DNA from: Vampirovibrionales bacterium
GTDB lineage: Bacteria > Cyanobacteriota > Vampirovibrionia > Vampirovibrionales > JAJTHC01
DNA: 64,000 nt
Direction of reading: 5' to 3'
NCBI GenBank assembly: GCA_044346175.1
Contig: JBIIZQ010000005.1
Coordinates: 20,818 to 84,817, forward strand
The position numbers were made by a program, and so were the translations under genes. How positions within the stretch are numbered: the stretch's first letter is position 1; each line of letters begins with the position of its first letter. Below are positions 49,880 through 59,854 of this stretch, piece by piece. The notes under the pieces were generated by a model. That model made no database searches. It worked only from the letters and a program-made list of their open reading frames with translations, and was not told the origin of the DNA.

Positions 49880-50452
49880 TTAAACACCCGCCAAAATAAC
49901 AGGCACTACTCTAGGGGCTTGAGGTGTTTCTGAAGTATCTTCAGAAGGAGAGGTTGCCTGATGAAGAAGGTCAGCAATTGGTTGAAAAAGTTGCATGGTT
50001 TTTTTCACGTGGGTAAGATACGCTTGCTCATACTCTAATAACTCAGGGTGAGGATGGAGGGTCTGCGTTTCAGTCTCACTGCAAAGAAGGTCTCGTTGAA
50101 GCTTAGGGGCAGTCAGCGGAGCCAGTTTAAGCGTAACCGCTGTAACACGAGCCGTGGTACCTAAAGGTTTTTTGCTATGAGAGGAAGACATATCTTGTAA
50201 ACGTTCCAAGACACATTGATGGAGTTTATCGCAAAGTCTGGAACCAAGCACCACAAGATAGTTACCTTCCAAACCCAAATCCCCTATCACACGTGCTTGA
50301 TTTGCCAGTTGATGAAACTGTTGAATACGGAGTAAAATGCTACCCGCTTCACTGAGTGTCATGGTATGTGCTTTTTGATACAAGGCAAAACTTGCTTCAA
50401 AAGCTACAAGAGCATCTTTGAGTTGTGGTACAATGGTATTCATAGTAAACAT
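49880..50452 (-). CDS. Hypothetical protein (190 aa)
   Basis: An ORF with no recognised motifs. Confidence 0.3.
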   Translation of the reverse strand: MFTMNTIVPQLKDALVAFEASFALYQKAHTMTLSEAGSILLRIQQFHQLANQARVIGDLGLEGNYLVVLGSRLCDKLHQCVLERLQDMSSSHSKKPLGTTARVTAVTLKLAPLTAPKLQRDLLCSETETQTLHPHPELLEYEQAYLTHVKKTMQLFQPIADLLHQATSPSEDTSETPQAPRVVPVILAGV

Positions 50453-51278
50453 TACCCTTCTATTAAAAAAGCAAAAAAAGGTTTGAACACTTCAAAGAGA
50501 GTTAATAGACGTGTAGAGAAAAACAAACCCCGTAACCATACCAAAGAGCCTTGGCAGGGCATAGGTTTGAAGGTTCAGAAGAGGGCAATCACACCGAGAT
50601 AGAAGAGAGCGGTTGTATAAAGCGTTTGGACAATAACAGCGGAAAGACATCCCGAATAAAGCAAACGGTTCGTCTTTTGGAGGCGTAGACATGTAAAACC
50701 GCAGACCCGTCCTGATGAGAAGTCATAAAAAGGATTGACAAAGCTTCAGAAGCACTTCAAAAAGTAAACATGCTCACATGACTGAAACGTTTGTTAAAAC
50801 TTTGCGACACCATTCTTTAGACCATTCAGGGACGATACTGAAGCGATACAAACAGAACTCACCTCTTGGTAGGAGCAATCAAGATAAACTTCAAACAACA
50901 TACCAAGTAACCAAGCAATCAAGCCCAAAAAGTCAAAAGTCAATTTTAAGTTTAAGAATTTAAACTTAAAATTCAAAATAACTTCGCTACATACGAACAC
51001 ACTATCCTTTTTTATGTTACATAAACATTCATCTAACGAGGGGGAAGGTTTCATTTTAAGAGTTACCAGCTTGCCCCAAAATGCTTACATGATTATGCAA
51101 CACGACTTTTTACATTGAAAAAATGTCTATGCGATAACAACGTTTATAAGTAAAGTATACGCTATTTTTTAATGGACGTGAAGCATTTTTAAGATTTTTA
51201 TGGCAAACATGTCATAAAATACGTCATACAGTGTAGATTGTAACACTATTGTTACAATCTTACTTTTTATCTGTGGGT

Positions 51279-52211
51279 TTAAGCCGTCGTTTTGTTTCGT
51301 AGAAGATACATGAGTGCCATTAAAACACTCGTGATAATAAGAAAGGGATAGATGGTAAGCAACACGAGTTGCCAAGCATCATGGGCTAAAACCCCTAGGG
51401 TACTCATTGGTGGTTGTAAGCCAATCCCCACAAAACTCAAAGTAGATTCGGCAAGTATGCTGCGCATTAAAAGCAGACGACTATATACCATCAATCTTGG
51501 CACAACGTGAGGTAGGCTGTAACGTAAACCAAAACGTAGTGCATTGCCCCCAAAAGTCTCATAAGCCTCGGAAGCCGTCGTATGTTTTAATTCCAAAACA
51601 CCTTGTGCGACCAAACGTGCAACATCGCTTGCATGGAGGAGTCCGATGGTGGTACCCATAAGACACGCCTTCACATAAGTTTCACTTACAGCGGTGTCAA
51701 GCCCCAAAGAGAACCAATGACTCATCGTGTGATTCTGGGCTGCCGAGGGGAGTTGTGTCCATAGCATGGAGGCAAGCAATAGCCAAAGTAAACTAGGTAC
51801 GGTATCCCACAATTGCAAAGCTTCTTTTAACCACTGACCCCACCAACGATGGTACCCCTCTCCCCATAATAGCCCTACAGGCACGCCTACCAGCCAACCT
51901 ACTAGGATACTCCACACCCCTAATCCTACTGAGACCCAAACGCCCAACCCTACCCTAGCCCACATGCTTCGCCCTAAGTCATCCGTCCCCAACCAAGCAA
52001 ATAAAGCCCCCCTCTCCCATAAGGCTTCTCCTGGTGCCTGAAGTAAATGATCATGATGCAAAGCGTTGGCATCAAAGCATAAAGCACCTATCCCCCAAAG
52101 TAACACATACCCTAGTAGACTCATATCATGCCATGATAAGCCCTTTTTGAGGGATAACAATGCTTGGAATGTAGGATGCAACAAGGGGCGTGCTTTAGAA
52201 ACTGGTGGCAT
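51279..52211 (-). CDS. ABC transporter permease, OppC/DppC-type (binding-protein-dependent)
   Basis: WLGTDDLGRS motif and the EAA-like loop ASEAYETFGGNALRFGLRYSLPHVVP...LSFVGIGLQPP. No cognate ATPase or second permease lies adjacent. Confidence 0.65.
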   Translation of the reverse strand: MPPVSKARPLLHPTFQALLSLKKGLSWHDMSLLGYVLLWGIGALCFDANALHHDHLLQAPGEALWERGALFAWLGTDDLGRSMWARVGLGVWVSVGLGVWSILVGWLVGVPVGLLWGEGYHRWWGQWLKEALQLWDTVPSLLWLLLASMLWTQLPSAAQNHTMSHWFSLGLDTAVSETYVKACLMGTTIGLLHASDVARLVAQGVLELKHTTASEAYETFGGNALRFGLRYSLPHVVPRLMVYSRLLLMRSILAESTLSFVGIGLQPPMSTLGVLAHDAWQLVLLTIYPFLIITSVLMALMYLLRNKTTA

Positions 52212-52324
52212 GGGATACGGGAGATTCTATTTGGAAAGCATGAAATACGATGGATTGAGGATAGCATGGCAATCCGAAACGACTTAATGTTTTTATAATA
52301 ATATAAATAAAAAAGATACAGTCG

Positions 52325-52353
52325 TTGATAGTTGCATTTATCTTTGTTTTAAT
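52325..52353 (+). promoter_or_regulatory. Candidate sigma70-like promoter (TTGATA, 17 nt spacer, TTTAAT) for gene 52432
   Basis: Read directly in the AT-rich divergent intergenic region. A strong RBS (AGGAG) lies 9-10 nt before the ATG at 52432. Confidence 0.35.
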
Positions 52354-52431
52354 TTTTGTTTTTTGTATTTTATGATTCATGATAAGTTAATCCGTTCGTT
52401 AGAAAAAAGATTACAGGAGTAAACGTAAGCC

Positions 52432-52815
52432 ATGACAAGCCTCGGATTTTGCCAACCTACTGCCAACTATTGCCGTCCTCAATTTGGTGGATTTCATAGA
52501 GGCTACGCCCAAGGGTATTATCAAGGAGCTGCGAATATGAATCATCAGTGGCATAACTGGTACAACAATGCTTTTTGTCAGCCTCAAACATGGCAGTCTT
52601 CCTATTGTTTACCTAGTACTTACACCAATAGCTGGGCGAATGCCAGTGCTTATGCCAATGCGGGTAGTTGGGGTGGTAACGCCTATGCGAATGCGTATGC
52701 TTATGCAGGGGCAGGCTCTGGAGCCAATGCGTATGCCTATGCCAATGCGAGTGCAGGAAGCTGGGGCGGTAATGCCTATGCGAATGCGTACGCTTATGCA
52801 GGAGCTTGGAGCTAA
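52432..52815 (+). CDS. Small Cys-containing Tyr/Asn/Ala/Gly-rich repeat protein (127 aa; ~31-aa repeat ...SWGGNAYANAYAYAGA...)
   Basis: It has a good RBS, a candidate promoter and a strong terminator immediately downstream. The DNA carries ~93-bp tandem repeats. Overlapping ORFs in other frames (including a His-rich reverse frame) are by-products of the repeats. Confidence 0.5.
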   Translation: MTSLGFCQPTANYCRPQFGGFHRGYAQGYYQGAANMNHQWHNWYNNAFCQPQTWQSSYCLPSTYTNSWANASAYANAGSWGGNAYANAYAYAGAGSGANAYAYANASAGSWGGNAYANAYAYAGAWS

Positions 52816-52862
52816 CCATACGCTGGTGCTTGAACCTTCAGGCTTCAACGATGCTCACAAAC

Positions 52863-52894
52863 CCCCGATACCGTACTTGGTATCGGGGATTTTG
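52863..52894. terminator. Rho-independent terminator (10-bp GC-rich stem followed by ATTTTG), possibly bidirectional
   Basis: CCCCGATACCgtacttGGTATCGGGGattttg lies between the stop of 52432..52815 and the convergent alaS stop (52901). Confidence 0.7.
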
Positions 52895-52900
52895 CGTGTA

Positions 52901-55732
52901 CTACAGTTTTTGAGCCAAGCTAAACTTTAAGTTTGCCAAAGCCTCTGCGGCGTTTTCACCCTGTTTACCCCCTGCCATGGCAAGTGTGGGTTTACCCCCG
53001 CCGCCACCACCGCAGGCCGTGGCAAGTTCCTTTACGAGTTGCCCCGCCTGGAAGCCAGCTTGTACTAACAAAGGCGATACAGCACACACAAACTGTGCCG
53101 CTTGGGTGTCGGTATTCAGGCTACCCAAAAGCAAAACACTCCGTGTATGTTGGGTTTTAGAAGCAAAGGTTTCAGCAAGCTTTCGTAAAATGTCGCTGGG
53201 TGTATCGTGGAGTAATGTCCCGACAACATGAGGTGCTTCAGGCTTAGCAAGAATGGTTTCTAACCAGCTTTGAAGGGTACCTTCGTGTAGCTTTACTTGG
53301 AGTTGTAGCACTTGCTTCTCAAGCACTTTTTGTTGCTCTATAAGGCTTACAATACGAGTATCAAGCTCTTTGACAGGGACGTTAAGCACCTCGGAACAAC
53401 GTTGAAGCAAGGTTTGTTCCTGCTTGAGCAGTTTATAGGCAAGTTCCCCTACGACGAATTCAATACGACGCACCCCTGCCGCAATGCTTGCTTCGCTTAG
53501 AAGTTTGATAGAACCAATACGACCAAGCTCGGTGATATGTGTACCCCCGCACAGTTCAAGAGAGGCATCGCCATAGCGAACCACACGAACCGTTTCGCCA
53601 TATTTTTCGTCAAAGGCTGCCACTGCTCCTGAAGCTTTGGCTTCTTCAAGCGGTAGGTTCATGACTTCACGAGGATGGTTTTCTCTTACCCATTTGTTGA
53701 CAAGAAACTCGACACGATTGAGTTCGGCTTGGGTAAGTCCTCGTTCAAAAGTGAAGTCAAACCTTGCCCCTGTTGGACTAACGTACGACCCTGCCTGCTG
53801 TACTAAACCCTCTTGCTTGGGGTCAAGAATTTTACGTAAAGCGGCATTCACTAAATGGGTGGCTGTATGGTGAGCGGCACTACGAATACGGTACACGGGT
53901 TCCACGATAGCGGTCATGGTAGTGCCAACCTGTAGAGGGTACTCTCCTTGGTCAAACTTGCATCGATGGACAATTAGTTCCCCTCTTCGGTACGTATCCA
54001 ACACCAATGCTGTCGTACCCTGAGGACCTTCCTCAAGAACAAGGGTACCTTGGTCGCCTACTTGACCGCCACCCTCAGGGTAAAATGGGGTGTTATCGAG
54101 AATACACTCAAACACCGTGTTCGTCCCGTGGATACTCCCAACCGATTCACCTTCCACGATGAGGGCTTGAATGGTCACGGTGGTGTTTAGGGTATCGTAG
54201 CCTACAAACGTACTGCTACCCACTTCACGTAAAAGGTCACTGTAGAGGGTGTCTGAAACAATCATCGCATTTTTACGATTGGCACGAGACAGTGCTTTTG
54301 CCTGCTGAAGTGCTTCTTCATACCCCTGTGTATCCACGGTGTACCCCTGAGCCTCAAGGACATCTAGGGTTAAATCGAGAGGGAATCCGTAAGTATCATA
54401 GAGTTTAAAAGCCGCTTGTCCCTGTAAACATTGTGCCGTAAAGTACGCTTCAGGCTGTGCAAGCCATTCTTGTAGTAACCCCATACCTCTTTCAAGGGTT
54501 TCAAGAAAACGATGCTCTTCCTTGGTGAGCATTTGTACGATACGGGACTGGCTTTTTACAAGTTCAGGGTAGGCTGTGCCGTAGGCTTCTACCAGTGTAG
54601 CCACTAATTGACCTAAAAAGGGCGTTTTAAGTCCAAGCCATTGATAGGCTTGGAGGAAGGCACGACGAATCATCATCCGTAAGATATAGCCACGCCCTTC
54701 ATTGCTGGGGACTACCCCATCGGCTATGGCAAAGCTCATGAAGCGAATATGGTCTGCTACAATACGGCATGCCACGGCAGGATTTTCATTGGAAGAGGTA
54801 CTTGCTCTGAACTGTGCAAGGTCCGCCACTTTGGCGACCAAGCCTGATAGTAAATCGGTCTCAAAGGTATTGTCTTTATCTTGCACCACCATCGTGATAC
54901 GTTCAAGCCCCATACCTGTATCGACGTTTTTATGTTCCAAGGGTGTTAGCGTACCAGCCTCATCCTTGAAAAACTCCATAAAGACCAAGTTCCAAATTTC
55001 CATGTAACGGCGACAGTCAACCGTTTCACATTGGTCAGGGTGACATCCTGTTGTGGGTGTGGGCTTTTGGCAAGCAACGTCTCCCGATTGGCACCCTGGG
55101 CATACACGGTCAGGGCGGAGGGTGTCGAAATAAATCTCAGTACAGGGCCCGCAGGGACCCGTAGGGCCAGGAGGCCCCCAGAAGTTGTCCTTATCGCCAC
55201 GGCGTAAGATACGTTCAGGGGCAATCCCCACTTTGGTTTCCCAAATAAGAGCGGCTTCATCATCGCTATGATGCACCGTTACCCAAAGCCGTTCCTTGGG
55301 GAGTTGTAATACCTCTGTGATAAACATCCATGCCCAAGGAATCACTTCTTCTTTGAAGTAATCGCCAAAGCTAAAGTTTCCCAGCATCTCAAAAAACGTA
55401 TGATGGCAAGGGGTTCGTCCTACGGCACGCAGGTCAGAAGCCTTACCACTAACTCTTGCACATTTTTGACTACTCGTAGCCCGAGGCGGGTTAGGGGCGG
55501 GTTCTAAACCCATAAAAATAGGGACAAAGGGTAACATCCCAGCGGGTGTGAGTAACACGGTAGGGTTTTTTTGTGGTACTAAGCTGGCACTTGCCATCCG
55601 ACGATGTCCGAGCTTTTCTTCAAAAAAGCTAAGAAACGCTTCTCGAACCTCATGCCCTGTTTTGAAGGGTATGTTGGGGCAAACCTCTGCAAGGGTGTGA
55701 CAGGTAGAATCGAGCGTGTGCATAGCCAGCAA
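52901..55732 (-). CDS. alaS: Alanine--tRNA ligase
   Basis: Full-length class II AlaRS: the catalytic core, the editing-domain zinc motif HHTATHLVNAALR, and a C-terminal DHHA1-like domain with GGGGG. The first ~20 aa of the ORF call are probably upstream of the true start. Confidence 0.9.
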   Translation of the reverse strand: MLAMHTLDSTCHTLAEVCPNIPFKTGHEVREAFLSFFEEKLGHRRMASASLVPQKNPTVLLTPAGMLPFVPIFMGLEPAPNPPRATSSQKCARVSGKASDLRAVGRTPCHHTFFEMLGNFSFGDYFKEEVIPWAWMFITEVLQLPKERLWVTVHHSDDEAALIWETKVGIAPERILRRGDKDNFWGPPGPTGPCGPCTEIYFDTLRPDRVCPGCQSGDVACQKPTPTTGCHPDQCETVDCRRYMEIWNLVFMEFFKDEAGTLTPLEHKNVDTGMGLERITMVVQDKDNTFETDLLSGLVAKVADLAQFRASTSSNENPAVACRIVADHIRFMSFAIADGVVPSNEGRGYILRMMIRRAFLQAYQWLGLKTPFLGQLVATLVEAYGTAYPELVKSQSRIVQMLTKEEHRFLETLERGMGLLQEWLAQPEAYFTAQCLQGQAAFKLYDTYGFPLDLTLDVLEAQGYTVDTQGYEEALQQAKALSRANRKNAMIVSDTLYSDLLREVGSSTFVGYDTLNTTVTIQALIVEGESVGSIHGTNTVFECILDNTPFYPEGGGQVGDQGTLVLEEGPQGTTALVLDTYRRGELIVHRCKFDQGEYPLQVGTTMTAIVEPVYRIRSAAHHTATHLVNAALRKILDPKQEGLVQQAGSYVSPTGARFDFTFERGLTQAELNRVEFLVNKWVRENHPREVMNLPLEEAKASGAVAAFDEKYGETVRVVRYGDASLELCGGTHITELGRIGSIKLLSEASIAAGVRRIEFVVGELAYKLLKQEQTLLQRCSEVLNVPVKELDTRIVSLIEQQKVLEKQVLQLQVKLHEGTLQSWLETILAKPEAPHVVGTLLHDTPSDILRKLAETFASKTQHTRSVLLLGSLNTDTQAAQFVCAVSPLLVQAGFQAGQLVKELATACGGGGGGKPTLAMAGGKQGENAAEALANLKFSLAQKL

Positions 55733-56180
55733 GTCGCCTTATGGTAGTTCGGTAAAATGAGTAAAAAATCTAAGTGTATTTATAAAAAAACTAACGCTAT
55801 TCTAGCATGAAAGAAATGTTACAGACCTTTTTAAGGTTTTACTTTTATACTTTCATATCGTCATTTCGCACGGCGTTGCGGAATCCAGAGGGCTTACAGT
55901 ATCACCGAGGGCTGGAGATGAATTTTCAACCGATGTGCATTTGGTATCACGTGAGAAAACAGGCATTATTCCTATTGCCTCATGTTAAAGATTGTAACGT
56001 TTTATGCTGACAAGAGGGTTTTAAGAGCTTCCAAAGGTAGCAGTCTTGTTTGAGCATCGTTTATACTCATGAATCATTGGGGTAATATCCCGCAATTAGG
56101 TTTAGAGATACCCGTACGCCTTAAGTACAAGCATACGAAATACCAGGGTGTGTTGAGAGCCAATAGATGTTCCAAAAAAC

Positions 56181-57239
56181 TTGCAAATTGATAAAGAAAG
56201 TTTGTGTTACCTCATGACCAATACGCAAGGTGTACTGCCTTCCTCTACGATGATGCGTCCAGTGCCTATGGCACCCAATATGTCCATGATACCCCCTGTG
56301 TCTGTGAGTGCGTCAGCATTGGTGAGTTCAGCAACGGCTTCTATTTCTGGTGTGGCAAAAGATACTTTAGTCACATCGTCCAAAGTAGTGAATCTTGTTG
56401 ACCCAAAATCGAAAAACCCTTTTACGGATACCCTTGCACGTTATACAGGGTATTTTAATGAAATGACTGCCGCCGCCAATACTATTTTGCAGGACACTGT
56501 GAATCAACTCACCAAGTTTTCACCCAAATACCATGGCGTTGCCGACACCCTTGATGCCTTAGCAGACCAAGTGGTACTTGCCTATTGTGGTATGGATGCG
56601 GGATATGCTGGTGCTAAAGCGTATTATGGTACTAAAGAACGCTTGAAAGATAAACCAAAACAGAAGGAAATTGCCACTGCAAGAGGTATCCAAGCGGCAA
56701 CCAAGCAATTTATTTTCCAGTTTTTTGCCAGTTTTTACTTGCCTGCTCTGGTCATCCGTAAAGTGATTCGTCCTACAGGGGAAACTTTGGGTGGTAAACT
56801 GATGCATCAGGTGTTGCAGCAATCGCCACAGCATGCCCAGAAAGTACTCCCTCGTATGACGCTAGAAGTGATGAAACCCATGACGGAGGAAGCCTTTGCA
56901 CAGTTAAAATCTCAGGCTTTGCCAGGGCAGATTTTTAAACCCTTACGTGAAGTGTTGCACCCCGGAGAGGTCGCCAAAGTGGTCGGGTATCAAACCCGCT
57001 TTACGAAGTACTCCAAGGAGGCACTTCAACAAGCCCAAGCACTGCTACAAAAGACGCATACATTGCCTCGTTCTTCCATGGCAGGTTTCTTGGCAGGGAT
57101 GGCTTCCATTCCTATTTTGGTGAAGCTCATTGACCCCGTGGTGCATCATGCCGTAAAATGGCTTATTGAAGCACCTAGCAACGCCCTGATTGAAAAGCGT
57201 TGGGGAGATACCCCACCACCAGTAGCACCTCATCACTAA
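56181..57239 (+). CDS. Hypothetical protein (352 aa)
   Basis: An ORF following ~450 bp of AT-rich non-coding DNA. No recognised motifs. Confidence 0.35.
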   Translation: MQIDKESLCYLMTNTQGVLPSSTMMRPVPMAPNMSMIPPVSVSASALVSSATASISGVAKDTLVTSSKVVNLVDPKSKNPFTDTLARYTGYFNEMTAAANTILQDTVNQLTKFSPKYHGVADTLDALADQVVLAYCGMDAGYAGAKAYYGTKERLKDKPKQKEIATARGIQAATKQFIFQFFASFYLPALVIRKVIRPTGETLGGKLMHQVLQQSPQHAQKVLPRMTLEVMKPMTEEAFAQLKSQALPGQIFKPLREVLHPGEVAKVVGYQTRFTKYSKEALQQAQALLQKTHTLPRSSMAGFLAGMASIPILVKLIDPVVHHAVKWLIEAPSNALIEKRWGDTPPPVAPHH

Positions 57240-57306
57240 TGGCTTATGGCGAGTGGTTTGATAAAGCGTCTGTTTTTGTGTTGATACGTTTGAAAGCCCT
57301 TTCCCT

Positions 57307-58323
57307 ATGTTTGCGATGAAGCCTGTATTCTCGCCTGAATACTGTGCCACAGTCTTACTTGAAAAACGCCTTTTACCTGTGATTGTTGGTTCAACAGCGA
57401 CGGGTAAAACAGCCTTGGGCATTGCCTTTGCGCAATGGTTGGAGCGTTCAGGGGTGAAGGTGGTTGTGCTATCGGCGGATTCTCGTTTAGTGTATCAGGG
57501 GCTTAACGTGGGGACGGCAAAACCGACCGTGCTTGAGTGTGCGGGGATTGCTCATGAGGGGATGAACCTTGTGCCACCCACGCAACCCTTTACGGCACAA
57601 GACTATGCAACTTGGGCAGAGGCATGCCTTGCTGAAGTCCATCAACAGGGGGCTATTCCTCTTTTTGTGGGAGGGACAGGCTTTTACTTACAAAGTGCGT
57701 TGTGTGAAACCTTGATTCCTGCCGTTGTGCCTGATGAGTCCTTGCGTCATGCGTTGCATCAAGAAGCGAGTACGCCTGAAGGTCGGTTGTTACAATGGCA
57801 GCGTCTGGAGTGCCTTGACCCCAACCGTGCCATGCACCTCCATCCTAATGATACCCTGAGAGTGGTACGTGCCTTGGAGGTGATTCAACTCACGGGGAAG
57901 CCAGTCCCCCAAGTAAAGCCTTTGAATCAAACGTACCGATACCCCACCCATTGGTTTAATCTGTATGCTTCCGATAAGCTTTGGTTGTGGCAACGGATTG
58001 CTCATCGTACACAGCAGATGCTCAAGCAGGGCTGGCTAGACGAGGTGGAAGCACTCGTGGCACAGTATGGTGAGCAAGCCCATGCCCTTGGTGTGACGCA
58101 CGGGTATCCAGAATTGATTAAGGTGTTAAAAGGCGAGATGACACCTGCGGAGGCAGAAGACTCTATTAACATCCAAGTAAGGCAATATGCCAAAAGACAA
58201 CAAACGTGGTTTCGTCGTTTAACGTCGATTGATACCTTGGATATTACACACGTTGAGCCTTCGCACCATCTAAAGGTTTATTTGGAAGCACTAGCCTCTT
58301 TCATGGCACTCCCCACCGTTTAA
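57307..58323 (+). CDS. miaA: tRNA dimethylallyltransferase
   Basis: P-loop VGSTATGKTALGIAFAQ, the DSRLVYQGLNVGTAKP region, and a RVVRALEV-like helix. Typical MiaA length. Confidence 0.8.
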   Translation: MFAMKPVFSPEYCATVLLEKRLLPVIVGSTATGKTALGIAFAQWLERSGVKVVVLSADSRLVYQGLNVGTAKPTVLECAGIAHEGMNLVPPTQPFTAQDYATWAEACLAEVHQQGAIPLFVGGTGFYLQSALCETLIPAVVPDESLRHALHQEASTPEGRLLQWQRLECLDPNRAMHLHPNDTLRVVRALEVIQLTGKPVPQVKPLNQTYRYPTHWFNLYASDKLWLWQRIAHRTQQMLKQGWLDEVEALVAQYGEQAHALGVTHGYPELIKVLKGEMTPAEAEDSINIQVRQYAKRQQTWFRRLTSIDTLDITHVEPSHHLKVYLEALASFMALPTV

Positions 58324-58351
58324 GGGCTAATACCCCTTTGTAATACCTGCA

Positions 58352-59413
58352 TTACTGATTGCGATGTGCAACAAACGTGGTGAGTTCATGTAGGGTATCC
58401 AGCGTGTCAAGGGCGTGTTGATGATTCAAAGTATATAAACAGGCCTGTGCCTCTTCAAGAAGGAGGGTTTGTTGAGCCCGAGCTTCATGAAGACCAAGTG
58501 CAGTGACATACGTCCATTTATGCTGTGAGGCATCTTTGCCAGCTGTTTTCCCAAGCGTATGGGTATCGTGTGTTGCATCAAGAATATCATCGCTTAATTG
58601 AAAAAGCAGACCAATACACCGTCCCCATTGATGAAGAAGTTTTGCAGTGGGATGAGTCTCAATATCCTTAGGCCACAACCCAGCAGCTACGCCCAACATG
58701 ACAGAAGCTTCAATCATGGCACCTGTTTTCATACGATGAATCCACGCCAAGCTCTGTAATGACTTGGGTAAAGGTTCACGCTCATGATGAGAAAACCACA
58801 TATCGGCGTATTGCCCCTCAATTAAGCCTGGTCCGAGTATCGCTTGGGTGAGACACTGACTCGCCCAAAGCCTTAGCCCGAGAGGTATTTTTTCATCATG
58901 TAGCACGTGGTGTAGTGCAAAGGTTTGTAAAGTATCACCGATGAGAAGGGCTTCCCACTCAGAAAATTGCTTATGGAGTGTTGGTAAACCACGTCGTAGT
59001 TCGTCATTATCCATACAGGGGAGGTCATCATGAGCTAAGCTAAACGCATGAATGCTCTCTAAAGCCACACCAAAGGACAATGCCCATTGAAGATTTTCTT
59101 GATTGGCTCTTAATGCCTGTGCCACGCTGTAGGCAATAAACGGACGAAAGCGTTTGCCTGGTGATAAAAGTGCGTAGCGTAGTCCTTCGTGATAACGGGT
59201 GAATACGGGTGGTAAACAAGCCTCAGAGGCTGGCAAACTATGCTGGTGTTTTTCTTGAAGCGGATGGAGTGCTTCTTTGAGGGTTCTCTCGAAAAGCGTT
59301 TGAAAAGATTGCAACAGTACGGTACACGATAAGCTTTCAGCTTCATGTTCTACTTGCAAAGAGGATGCTTGAGCCTCTTTTTGACTTGGATTTTGGCAAC
59401 TATCAGATGACAA
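58352..59413 (-). CDS. Polyprenyl diphosphate synthase (FPP/GGPP synthase family)
   Basis: First Asp-rich motif LAHDDLPCMDND, second FQLSDDILD, and conserved K/R residues. TTG start in the ORF call. Confidence 0.75.
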   Translation of the reverse strand: MSSDSCQNPSQKEAQASSLQVEHEAESLSCTVLLQSFQTLFERTLKEALHPLQEKHQHSLPASEACLPPVFTRYHEGLRYALLSPGKRFRPFIAYSVAQALRANQENLQWALSFGVALESIHAFSLAHDDLPCMDNDELRRGLPTLHKQFSEWEALLIGDTLQTFALHHVLHDEKIPLGLRLWASQCLTQAILGPGLIEGQYADMWFSHHEREPLPKSLQSLAWIHRMKTGAMIEASVMLGVAAGLWPKDIETHPTAKLLHQWGRCIGLLFQLSDDILDATHDTHTLGKTAGKDASQHKWTYVTALGLHEARAQQTLLLEEAQACLYTLNHQHALDTLDTLHELTTFVAHRNQ

Positions 59414-59474
59414 AATAGAAAGCTCCTTGAAGTCGTTTATGTAAGTAACCTGTCACAAGGAAGATGCATCCATG

Positions 59475-59517
59475 AAAAAATCCCTCTTTCTTTATGTTTG
59501 ATATAAGGAAAGAGGGA
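59475..59517 (-). terminator. Rho-independent terminator immediately 3' of tRNA-Lys
   Basis: On the minus strand: AAATCCCTCTTTC, a 17-nt loop, GAAAGAGGGATTT, then TTTTTT (the plus strand reads catgAAAAAAtccctctttc...gaaagaggga). Confidence 0.6.
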
Positions 59518-59519
59518 TT

Positions 59520-59591
59520 TGCGATTCCTGGGATTCGAACCCAGGACCTATCCCTTAAAAGGGGAGTGCTCTACCGCTGAGCTAGAATCGC
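59520..59591 (-). tRNA. tRNA-Lys (anticodon UUU)
   Basis: The reverse complement folds as a canonical cloverleaf: acceptor GCGATTC/GAATCGC with discriminator A, D-arm GCTC-AGCGGTA-GAGC, anticodon loop CTTTTAA (U33, UUU, A37), and T-arm CTGGG-TTCGAAT-CCCAG. No encoded CCA. Confidence 0.85.
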
Positions 59592-59854
59592 ATAAGTTTA
59601 ATGATACGCATATAAGCTATAAAACTTAGTGATGCACGCAACGTGTCATCCACATAATAAAAGGTAACAAGGACATGCCACGGTGTCAACAACCTCTCTC
59701 TGTTGCACGTACAAGGTAGGGTAGGGACGGAGGTTAGCATCGTCAGGATGCTTTCATGCTATGCTAAAGAGGCATATATTGAAGTGACTGTGCTTTTTGT
59801 GGCTTGTGCTTGTCTCTTGCGTATACAGGGTTTGAAGGTTAGGAATCGTTTTTT

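Noticed and set aside
52568-52930. Alternative-frame and reverse-strand ORFs across the repeat gene (52568..52930 +, 52609..52848 -, and the His-rich 52613..52819 -)
   Set aside because: They are generated by the same tandem DNA repeats. Only the 52432 frame has an RBS, promoter and terminator. They are retained only as a caveat in the finding.
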